From Planctomycetes bacterium UBA7888 (GTDB lineage: Bacteria > Planctomycetota > UBA1135): 64,000 nt of DNA. Below are positions 27,598 to 35,622 of the stretch, piece by piece (the stretch's first letter is position 1; each line of letters starts with the position of its first letter). The stretch spans positions 125,623 through 189,622 of the forward strand of contig DLRM01000043.1 of assembly GCA_002500505.1 (NCBI GenBank). Reading direction: 5' to 3'. The position numbers and the translations under genes were made by a program. The notes beneath the pieces were generated by a model. That model saw only the letters and a program-made list of their open reading frames with translations, was not told the origin of the DNA and did no database searches.

Positions 27598-28530
27598 TTA
27601 GCGCACTCTTTGAAAGCGGACCGTCGTCGTTGCTTGTACAGGCTGACCTTTTTTCTCAGCATAGGCGCGCACCATGTAATTCAGCGGGGGACCTTGTTGA
27701 GGGGGGGTCAAAATCAAATCTCTCCCAGCGGTCATCGAGATTCGATTGGCATCCAAATTACCAAAAAAGAACTCCTTTTGCTCAGGATGCTTATCGGCTT
27801 CCGAAATATCAACTGGTGTCCAACCCTGGGCGTAATCCCAGTAATGCGCCCAACAATGATATCCCTTCACTACGCCGGCCTCAGATTCGGGCAAGGGAAA
27901 GCCAATAGTGAACCGGGCTGGCACATCTAAAGAACGGGACATGGAAATGAAAAGGGCATGAAAGTCTGTGCAATTCCCATAGCCCTCTTCGCATGCCCAT
28001 TCTGTGGATCCTGTCCCCCATCCTTCCCCAATTTTTGAATAATCCATATCTTCCAAAACTTGGTCATAAAGGGCGCGCATCAACGGACGAGGCCCAGCCG
28101 ATTCTACCACCTTAATGGCCCGGTGGGCGGATTCGCCCCCAACAGGAACAAGTCGATTTGGGCTGAGATAATGGTGCGTCGGCTCGGCAGAAAGTTTGCC
28201 CGGGCCATCCAGGCTTCTTTTCACAATCCAAGACCAAGAATAGGAATCTTGAGTCGCTCCTGTAACACTGGAGAATCGATTCCCATAGGTATCTGAGGCT
28301 CCAGTTATTGCACGCTTCGGTGTGTTTGCTTCTAGAAGAACCTGGACGCCATCCTCCAAAGGGACGGGCACCCAGAGGGTTGTGTCTTCCGATCTAGTCC
28401 CTTCGGGAAGGGAGACATCAAAGGTCAATTCGAAGACCTCGTAGTTCGAGGTATCCGGCACCCAAGAAGCGCAGCCTGGGAGCGAAGCCCAGAAGGCGAA
28501 AAGAGGAAGAAAGCGTAGGATGTCCAGCAT
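27598..28530 (-). CDS. Transglutaminase-like cysteine-protease-fold lipoprotein
   Basis: GYGNCTDFHALFISMSRSLDVPARFTIGF is a transglutaminase core Cys motif; later GYHCWAHYW supplies the His. ATG 28530 gives MLDILRFLPLFAFWASLPGC (lipobox). The track ORF opens at ATG 28545. Confidence 0.8.
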   Translation of the reverse strand: MLDILRFLPLFAFWASLPGCASWVPDTSNYEVFELTFDVSLPEGTRSEDTTLWVPVPLEDGVQVLLEANTPKRAITGASDTYGNRFSSVTGATQDSYSWSWIVKRSLDGPGKLSAEPTHHYLSPNRLVPVGGESAHRAIKVVESAGPRPLMRALYDQVLEDMDYSKIGEGWGTGSTEWACEEGYGNCTDFHALFISMSRSLDVPARFTIGFPLPESEAGVVKGYHCWAHYWDYAQGWTPVDISEADKHPEQKEFFFGNLDANRISMTAGRDLILTPPQQGPPLNYMVRAYAEKKGQPVQATTTVRFQRVR

Positions 28531-29827
28531 GGCGCGGAGAAGCATACCAGCCCTTCATCCACTCGGAATCCTAGTCGGTTCCGTCCTGACGGGCATTGGT
28601 GTGTTTGTTGCGGAGACCTTTTTAGGACCAATTCTGACCCGTTCAATGACCCCACCTGAAGAGCGAATCCTGGGAATGGTTCATGAAAGATTGCTGTCCT
28701 CCTACGTCGAGCCCAAAGACCCCGAATGGCTCATGCACCGAGCCGTGGAGGGGATGCTGGATGGTCTTGACGACCCCTACACCTACTTTGTTGGTCCGGA
28801 AGACCTCCAACGTCTTGACGAGGACAGTACTGGAAAGCTCATTGGGATTGGAGTCATTCTGGATGGCTCCACGGGTATTGTCCGTTATCCTCATCCAGAT
28901 GGGCCAGCGGAATTGGCCGGAATTGCGCCGGGAGATCGTTTTCTTTCGGTTGATGGCCTGGATGTCACCCAGATGACAACCGACCAAATCGTCCAAGCCA
29001 TCAAAGGCCCACGCGGCACAGCGACCCGACTCGGCCTGGAAAGACAAAATGGCACCCTTTATGAGACTGAAGTCGTTCGACAACCTGTTCAAAGGACCAC
29101 GGTCGGTCGAGTTGAACTTCTAGATAGAGATGCCGGAATTGGTCATATTCATATCCGATCCTTTGCTCGGACCACTCCCGCTGAATTGGATCAAGCCTTA
29201 GACCAACTGTATTCCACGGAACTTCGAGGCCTAGTCCTTGACCTCCGGTTCAACACCGGTGGCCTTCTTGATGCAGCTGTGAATATCGCTTCTCGATTTC
29301 TCAAAGGCGGGCCCGTTTGCAGTTTACAGGTCAGAGATGGTGACGACCTTGTCCGAGTTGCGGATGCCAAGTTATCTCGAGCCGCTGACATACCTTTGGT
29401 GGTTTTGTTGAACCGAAGAAGCGCAAGCGGCTCCGAAGTCCTTGCTGGTGCTCTCCGAGACCGAGGCGCTGCCATTTTGGTGGGCGAGCAAAGTTATGGG
29501 AAAGGTGTATATCAACAAGTCCACCGATATCGAACGGGTAATTTTGCACTTAAATTTACTGCCGGATATTACCTCACTCCCTCCGGAAGGATTCTGGAAG
29601 GAAACACGGACCATTCAAGAGGTGGTGGCCTTCTCCCTGATCTCCCTGTTGCGGTCAACCTCGAGCAATCCGGTGAAATTCAAGGATGGCTTGGATACGA
29701 CTTCCCTCCTGCCAAATATCGAGAACAAGTTTTTAATCTTTTCCCAAGGGTTGCAGAACTCAAAGCACCCGCAGACCCCGTCTTAAATACCGCTTTGAAG
29801 CACCTTCAAAAAGTCATTCAAGCGTGA
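28520..29827 (+). CDS. ctpA: Carboxy-terminal processing peptidase (S41, PDZ-containing)
   Basis: 435 aa with an N-terminal TM anchor. PDZ domain (GPAELAGIAPGDRFLSVDG). S41 core: LVLDLRFNTGGLLDAA, LVVLLNRRSASGSEVLAGALRD. Alternative start at ATG 28529. Confidence 0.88.
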   Translation: MSSMARRSIPALHPLGILVGSVLTGIGVFVAETFLGPILTRSMTPPEERILGMVHERLLSSYVEPKDPEWLMHRAVEGMLDGLDDPYTYFVGPEDLQRLDEDSTGKLIGIGVILDGSTGIVRYPHPDGPAELAGIAPGDRFLSVDGLDVTQMTTDQIVQAIKGPRGTATRLGLERQNGTLYETEVVRQPVQRTTVGRVELLDRDAGIGHIHIRSFARTTPAELDQALDQLYSTELRGLVLDLRFNTGGLLDAAVNIASRFLKGGPVCSLQVRDGDDLVRVADAKLSRAADIPLVVLLNRRSASGSEVLAGALRDRGAAILVGEQSYGKGVYQQVHRYRTGNFALKFTAGYYLTPSGRILEGNTDHSRGGGLLPDLPVAVNLEQSGEIQGWLGYDFPPAKYREQVFNLFPRVAELKAPADPVLNTALKHLQKVIQA

Positions 29828-30846
29828 GTGAAGCCAAGCTCATCCTCGGAATTGAAAGTTCTTGTGATGAGACCGCTGCATCGGTGGTCCTTGATGGAAG
29901 AGAAGTACTTTCCTCCGTAGTCCATAGCCAAATTGACCAACACGCTCAATGGGGAGGCGTTGTTCCAGAAATAGCAGGGAGAAGTCATTTGGAACAAATT
30001 GTTCCGACGATACAAACTGCAATCTCCGAAGCCGGCGTACTACCTAATGACTTGTCCGCCATTGCCGTAACCGCTCGGCCTGGCCTGCTAGGTTCTCTTC
30101 TCATTGGAGTTTCTGCCGCCAAGTCCATGGCATGGGCTTTTGAGAAACCTCTCATTGATATCCATCACATTGAAGCCCACATTTATGCCGCCTTGATGCC
30201 CATCCCCTCTTGGGAATTTCCGTACATTACTTTGGTTGTTTCTGGAGGGCACACCAGCCTGTATCAAACGGATTCCCCACTGACCCACACTTTATTGGCG
30301 TGCACACGGGATGACGCCGCTGGAGAAGCCTTGGACAAAGGAGCTGCCATGCTTGGCCTCCCCTATCCAGGCGGCCCGAGCATTGAAAAGGAAGCTTCTT
30401 CCGGAAACCCAAAAGCCTTTCCGTTTAAACTCCCATTGATGGGCCCGGACTCCCTTGAGTTTTCTTTTTCGGGCTTGAAAACCGCTCTTCTCTATACCTT
30501 GAAGGGGCCTGGCGGAAAACGCACGGATCCTACTCTTCCCGGAGCAAAGAACTTATCGGATTTATGTGCTAGCTTTGAGCACGCTGTCACTGAAACCTTA
30601 GCCCAAAAATGCATGCGAGCGTGTGAGCAAAAAAAAATCCCTCGTTTGCTGATTGGTGGCGGAGTCGCCCGCAACTCTCGATTGAGAGAGAGAGTGGCGC
30701 ACCACGCCAGCCAACACGATATTCAAGCCACTTTTGCTCCACCTGAATTTTGCACAGACAACGCCGTCATGATTGCTGGTTTGGGCTATGCGAAATTAAC
30801 AAATGGTGATATCGCTTCCTTAGACCTCGATGTTGCAGCCCGCTGA
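29824..30846 (+). CDS. tsaD: tRNA N6-adenosine threonylcarbamoyltransferase
   Basis: 340 aa. ILGIESSCDETAASVV, HHIEAHIYA, SGGHTSL and GGGVARNSRLRE match the Kae1/TsaD family. The GTG start overlaps the ctpA stop (GTGA). Confidence 0.95.
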   Translation: MSEAKLILGIESSCDETAASVVLDGREVLSSVVHSQIDQHAQWGGVVPEIAGRSHLEQIVPTIQTAISEAGVLPNDLSAIAVTARPGLLGSLLIGVSAAKSMAWAFEKPLIDIHHIEAHIYAALMPIPSWEFPYITLVVSGGHTSLYQTDSPLTHTLLACTRDDAAGEALDKGAAMLGLPYPGGPSIEKEASSGNPKAFPFKLPLMGPDSLEFSFSGLKTALLYTLKGPGGKRTDPTLPGAKNLSDLCASFEHAVTETLAQKCMRACEQKKIPRLLIGGGVARNSRLRERVAHHASQHDIQATFAPPEFCTDNAVMIAGLGYAKLTNGDIASLDLDVAAR

Positions 30847-30847
30847 G

Positions 30848-31522
30848 ATGGATTCCTCCCGCCACACTCCCACCCCTTCAGACCCTCTCAAAATGGACAC
30901 GAATCGCGAAATCCGTTGTGGGTTTCCTGAAGCTGTTTTTGCTGAAGGGAAAACGCCGGCTCAGGTGACAGAAGCAATGGTGCGATTATCAAAAGCGCAT
31001 GACAGGATTCTGGCAACTCGCGCGAGTCAAACTCACGCGGATGCTGTAGCCAAAGCCCTACCGGATTCTCAGTGGAATCCCACAGCCCGCTGTATTACTT
31101 GGCGTAAAAACCCACCTACAAAGACCGACCATCGAGCCTGCATTCTGTCCGGAGGGACTTCCGATTTGCCTGTAGTTGAAGAAGCAAAGGTGACCCTTGA
31201 GCTCTTCGGAATCCAAGTCGATTCCATTCCTGACGTTGGCGTTGCGGGCTTGCATCGCCTTATGGACCACCTTCCCGACATCCGAAAGGCATCGGTTGTC
31301 CTGGTCTGCGCAGGAATGGAGGGCGCTCTTCCAAGCGTGGTTGGTGGTCTTGTTTCTGCCCCGGTCATAGCTATACCTACAAGCGTGGGCTATGGGGCGA
31401 ATTTCGAAGGACTCGCCGCTTTGCTTGCCATGCTGAATTCTTGCTCTCCTGGCATTGGGGTAGTCAATATTGACAATGGCTTTGGTGCGGCGGTTCTTGC
31501 CTCACGAATCCTCCAATCTTGA
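30848..31522 (+). CDS. larB: LarB-like PurE-family enzyme (pyridinium-3,5-biscarboxylic acid mononucleotide synthase / NCAIR-mutase-related)
   Basis: GFPEAVFAEGKT, ILSGGTSDLPVVEEA, VAGLHRL, CAGMEGALPSVVGGLVSAPVIAIPTSVGYG and GIGVVNIDNGFGAA follow the LarB pattern. ATG 30848 lies 1 nt after the tsaD stop; the track ORF opens at 30830. Confidence 0.8.
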   Translation: MDSSRHTPTPSDPLKMDTNREIRCGFPEAVFAEGKTPAQVTEAMVRLSKAHDRILATRASQTHADAVAKALPDSQWNPTARCITWRKNPPTKTDHRACILSGGTSDLPVVEEAKVTLELFGIQVDSIPDVGVAGLHRLMDHLPDIRKASVVLVCAGMEGALPSVVGGLVSAPVIAIPTSVGYGANFEGLAALLAMLNSCSPGIGVVNIDNGFGAAVLASRILQS

Positions 31523-31539
31523 GGTAAACTAGATACAAC

Positions 31540-34209
31540 ATGACTTTTCTCCATTTTCGCCTTTTTCCAATTCTGGGCTTGGTCACTATTTCATTCCTAG
31601 CTTGTTCTCCAGGAGAAGATTCTTCTAGCGGTTCTTCTTCAGAAGGCTCGACATCTTCCTCAGCCACCAGCATTGATGTCCCCATCCAAATCCGTGATTT
31701 TTATAACGCTGGTTCTGAAAAAGTGCCTGTACGAGTTTCAGTTCCACTTCCAAAGGGAATTGCGCCGGAGCAACCCCCTTCTTGGGAGCTCCAAATTCAG
31801 GGCATGCCTCCAATTCCTGTCTCCAACACCGTTCTTTCTCGTTGGGAAGACGGCTCCGTGCGGGTTGCCTTGGCCGAATTTATGTCACCCCCCATTCAGC
31901 CAAACACCGTCTTGGAGGGAAATTTAAAAACCACAACAGCCAAAATTAAAGCCAGGAATAAATGGCAAGTAAGGAATTCCGCTCTACAAACCAATTTCTT
32001 CCAATTAGCGCTTAGCGATGACGCCTTGTTTTCCATCAAACATGCCGATGGGTCCCCATGGCTGGGTTCTATTAAGAGTATCCTCAATTTAGATTCGCAA
32101 TCTGTCTCAAGCTATAGTCTTCACCCTGGCACTTTCCAATTGGAATCCGACACTGACTTTTCAGCGACCTATGCAAAAGAGGATTCTTTCAAAACAGCAA
32201 GTGGGCGAACTGTTTGCTCTCTAAAAACTCGAATTACAGCTTGGCGCAATCACTCGGCAGTCCGAGTACAACAATCCTTGGATATTCACTCTGGAATCCA
32301 CAAAGTTCAAGCCTGGAGCCTATCCGTCCCTCTTTCGGACAAACAAGGTTCCCCTATCGTCGCCCTTCCCGACGATGGCACAAAGGTGCTTGATGGCGAT
32401 TTTTCTTTGCAGCAAGTGAGCCACAAACAATGGAGCACAAAAGGCAGAACTTTAGATGGTCGTCTTCCTGGGTTTCTTGCCTTGGACGACTTTTGCCTTT
32501 CCGTTACTGACTTTTGGCAGCTCTATCCATCGGGTTTCACCCGCAATTCAGATTCCCTAGAGGTTGAATTTTGCCCCGTTGTAGACGAAAGACCGGTTGT
32601 TCTCGAGGAAGGATTTGGTCGAACCTGTGAGGTTTGGCTGGATATGCAACCCACCGACCCCACAACCCCCGTTCCAGTTCTCACTCGCCGCTGGGCTAAA
32701 CCACCCTTGGTTTCTTGCAAACCAGAATGGTATCTCTCTAGCAAAGCATTTGGAGACTTAGGCTCCTTCAACTCGGAGTCTTTTGCCTCGATGGCAAACC
32801 CTATTTCTCACTCCATTGACAGCATGCTTGATCGGCGTGAGAAATTTGCCAGAACAGATTATGGAATCCAAGGATTCGGTGATGCCTCGGGAACGGGGAA
32901 AACCATTAGCTATATGGGTTCCATGCAAGCCGAGTACGACCCTGCCCTGACCTTGTTCCAATATTTCCTACGTACCGGTGATCCCAAAGGGTTTGAGCTG
33001 GGAATGGACTTTGCCTGGCACTACGCAGATGTGGACATCTCTCCTTATGGGGGTGCATTCCAACACCGGGCAACTAGGCGCCACATAGAAACCTGGATTG
33101 CAGACCTTTTTTCAGAAAAGCTAGAGGCCCTGATTCAATCAAACCGTAGCGGGCCCTTATCTAAAGACGATGTTGTCGCATGGGCTGAAGCTCAATATGA
33201 AGAAGACTTTGGGCTCACCCTAAAGAGATGGGTTCGAGAAGAAAAAGGAAATGGCGCAGATGATGAAGAAATGAAAAGCCGTGTTCTACGCATGCTTGGC
33301 ATGAATGAAGTCATTCTGATTGAGAGGAACCTAAAAGGAAGCGAAGAAGTGGGCGACTTGAGAAAATTAGCTGAAGGCATTTCTCAAGATTCTCGAGCTC
33401 AAGAGCTTGGATTTACTGATCTAGACACTCAATTTTCAGGGTTTTTCGATCTTTACGGCGGAAGTTGGGATAACCCACCTGTGTTCAATGTGGACACCTA
33501 CCCCATCCCGGAAAAACGACATATGGGAGGACACTCTGTCATTGAGGGCACTGTATTAGCCTACCTTTTATCGGGTGAACCTCGCCTGAAGGATTCCATT
33601 CTTCGCTTTGCCGAACACCATGCAGATTGGATTGTCCCGAATGCGATTCGAACTCTTGAGGAGGCTCGAGAAGCTGGAACCACATTGGCTCCGAGAACTA
33701 TCGCCTGGCCTGTTATCAACATCCTCAGCATTTTCCATCTGACTGAAAGCCGGCCCAACACATCTGCCCTTCACGCAAAACTGACCGCGGCGGCTGGCGA
33801 GTGTGAAAGCTTATTGCGCACGGTCTCCGCCGAGGAAACTAAATCCTCCATTCATGCGGGCATTGGAATGGAAGCACTTTCAAGGTGGCATGAGTACAGC
33901 AACGACTCCGACACCCAAAAAGCTCTTGTAGCGTTTGCCGAAAAATGGGCCGAAGACATGTACGACCAAAGCAAGCACGCATTCCGATATCATCGCAACG
34001 ATTCTGGAGAACCCGCAATGAGTGGACTTTGCATCCGAGGACTCGCTTATGCCGCTTCCATCAGCGGAAATTCCTCTTTGAAGGAGCTTTGCGAGGAATC
34101 TTGGGAGCACCTTCCCGAGGAGGTCTCTATGAGCAAATCTTTTGCGATGCACTACAGAGGCGTAATCCCTACCCTCCACCTTATGGATCGCTGGGCGAGC
34201 TCTCCGTAA
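31540..34209 (+). CDS. Large lipoprotein of unknown function; tentatively PcRGLX/PL26-like (exo-rhamnogalacturonan-lyase-family architecture)
   Basis: 889 aa. Lipobox FLACS followed by a Ser-rich linker. The N-terminal VPVRVSVPLPKGIAPE...LSRWEDGSVRVALAEF resembles the N-terminal barrel pattern of PL26-like proteins as I recall it. The coding call is solid; the function is weak. Confidence 0.5.
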   Translation: MTFLHFRLFPILGLVTISFLACSPGEDSSSGSSSEGSTSSSATSIDVPIQIRDFYNAGSEKVPVRVSVPLPKGIAPEQPPSWELQIQGMPPIPVSNTVLSRWEDGSVRVALAEFMSPPIQPNTVLEGNLKTTTAKIKARNKWQVRNSALQTNFFQLALSDDALFSIKHADGSPWLGSIKSILNLDSQSVSSYSLHPGTFQLESDTDFSATYAKEDSFKTASGRTVCSLKTRITAWRNHSAVRVQQSLDIHSGIHKVQAWSLSVPLSDKQGSPIVALPDDGTKVLDGDFSLQQVSHKQWSTKGRTLDGRLPGFLALDDFCLSVTDFWQLYPSGFTRNSDSLEVEFCPVVDERPVVLEEGFGRTCEVWLDMQPTDPTTPVPVLTRRWAKPPLVSCKPEWYLSSKAFGDLGSFNSESFASMANPISHSIDSMLDRREKFARTDYGIQGFGDASGTGKTISYMGSMQAEYDPALTLFQYFLRTGDPKGFELGMDFAWHYADVDISPYGGAFQHRATRRHIETWIADLFSEKLEALIQSNRSGPLSKDDVVAWAEAQYEEDFGLTLKRWVREEKGNGADDEEMKSRVLRMLGMNEVILIERNLKGSEEVGDLRKLAEGISQDSRAQELGFTDLDTQFSGFFDLYGGSWDNPPVFNVDTYPIPEKRHMGGHSVIEGTVLAYLLSGEPRLKDSILRFAEHHADWIVPNAIRTLEEAREAGTTLAPRTIAWPVINILSIFHLTESRPNTSALHAKLTAAAGECESLLRTVSAEETKSSIHAGIGMEALSRWHEYSNDSDTQKALVAFAEKWAEDMYDQSKHAFRYHRNDSGEPAMSGLCIRGLAYAASISGNSSLKELCEESWEHLPEEVSMSKSFAMHYRGVIPTLHLMDRWASSP

Positions 34210-34219
34210 AGGCCTTTCC

Positions 34220-34435
34220 ATGTTTGCTACGACTCTTCTCCTTTGCTTTCCCCAAACCATTGCCTACCCTGTGACCCATATCCTTACTGAGGGGGCTGTT
34301 CTCGAAGTTCGTGTCATTTCGACCAGGGTAAGCCAAGCGGCCATGAGGGGCTTGAGGCGACTAACCGGAGAAAATCCTGGTTCTTCTGAGGAAGACTGGC
34401 TTCGATGGTGGCGCGAGAGGAAAATGGCTAACTGA
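34220..34435 (+). CDS. Small hypothetical protein with a C-terminal LTGE-x8-DWLRWW motif
   Basis: 71 aa. The stop TGA overlaps the carA ATG (TGATG at 34433..34437). The C-terminal motif is shared with the HEAT protein at 37626..38429. No SD seen. Confidence 0.45.
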   Translation: MFATTLLLCFPQTIAYPVTHILTEGAVLEVRVISTRVSQAAMRGLRRLTGENPGSSEEDWLRWWRERKMAN

Positions 34436-35586
34436 TGCAAGACTCCTCTTCCCCCGCCCTTCTTGCCCTTGAAAATGGCATTGTCCTAAAAGGCCGCTCC
34501 GTTGGCGCTAGCGGTGAACGCGCCTGCGAGCTTGTCTTTAATACCGCAATGACAGGATACCAGGAAATCTTGACAGACCCTTCTTATCGGGGCCAGGGAG
34601 TAGTCATGACTTACCCTCAAATTGGCAACTATGGTTGTTGCACGAAGGATGATGAAAGTCGTGCATGTTGGACTGAAGCCTTAATCATGAGGGAATGTTC
34701 CCCTGTCTCTTCCAATTGGAGAGCAGATTCGACTTTGCCGGAATACCTCATCAAGCACAATATTGTTGCGATGGATGAAGTGGATACTCGAGAACTCAGT
34801 CTCATGCTTAGAGAACAGGGAGCCCTACGAGCTGTCATTTCGACTGAGGATTTGGATGAGAAATCGCTCATTTTAAAAGCACAAACTCATACACCTCTAG
34901 AGGGGCGTGACCTTGCCGCAGAAGTAACAACAAAAGTTGCGTATGATTGGTCCGAAGGGCAAGACCAAGATTACAAAGCACCCGGCATTCCAGGAAGTCA
35001 AGAAAGCTTACCTTTGGTCGTCTTTGACTTTGGCGTGAAACGAAACATCCTGCGCTGTCTGGTCTCTGCAGGATTTACACCGCATGTAGTCCCCGCCAGC
35101 ACCTCGGCCGAAGAAGTCTTAGCCCTCAATCCCTCTGGAGTGTTTTTGTCCAACGGCCCAGGCGACCCTTCTGCTGTAACTTATGCACACCAATCTATCC
35201 GCACGATTGCAGAAAACGGGGTTCCCGTTCTGGGCATTTGCCTTGGTCATCAAATCTTGGCTCACGTATTTGGCGGCAAAACATCCAAGATGAAATTCGG
35301 TCACCATGGAGCAAACCACCCTGTAATTGAGTTGGACACTGGCCGTATTGACATCACCTCCCAAAACCACAGCTTCGCTGTAGATGAAGGCTCCCTTGAA
35401 AGCGCTTCGCTTCAAGTCACCCATCGGAATGGGAACGATGGAACCGTTGAGGGCATGCAGCACTCTCAACTCCCAGTTTTCTCAGTGCAATACCACCCTG
35501 AAGCGGCGCCTGGACCACACGATTCAGCCCATCTGTTCGCTCGTTTTCGGCAATTGATTGAGGACAAAACGATTCAAACCCCTTAG
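34435..35586 (+). CDS. carA: Carbamoyl-phosphate synthase small (glutaminase) subunit
   Basis: 383 aa. FNTAMTGYQEILTDPSY, GICLGHQ catalytic Cys, and QYHPEAAPGPHD. Confidence 0.95.
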   Translation: MQDSSSPALLALENGIVLKGRSVGASGERACELVFNTAMTGYQEILTDPSYRGQGVVMTYPQIGNYGCCTKDDESRACWTEALIMRECSPVSSNWRADSTLPEYLIKHNIVAMDEVDTRELSLMLREQGALRAVISTEDLDEKSLILKAQTHTPLEGRDLAAEVTTKVAYDWSEGQDQDYKAPGIPGSQESLPLVVFDFGVKRNILRCLVSAGFTPHVVPASTSAEEVLALNPSGVFLSNGPGDPSAVTYAHQSIRTIAENGVPVLGICLGHQILAHVFGGKTSKMKFGHHGANHPVIELDTGRIDITSQNHSFAVDEGSLESASLQVTHRNGNDGTVEGMQHSQLPVFSVQYHPEAAPGPHDSAHLFARFRQLIEDKTIQTP

Positions 35587-35622
35587 TTCTCTTTTTAGTT
35601 ATCATGGGTTCCCCCTTGAACC

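Noticed and set aside
30629-30637. Homopolymer tracts (A9 in tsaD; A/T8 runs at 13015..13022 and around 14516..14523 in the DUF1570-like genes) as possible phase-variation switches
   Set aside because: They encode Lys-Lys in Lys-rich segments, and the longest one lies in an essential housekeeping gene. There is no evidence of frameshifted alternative frames.
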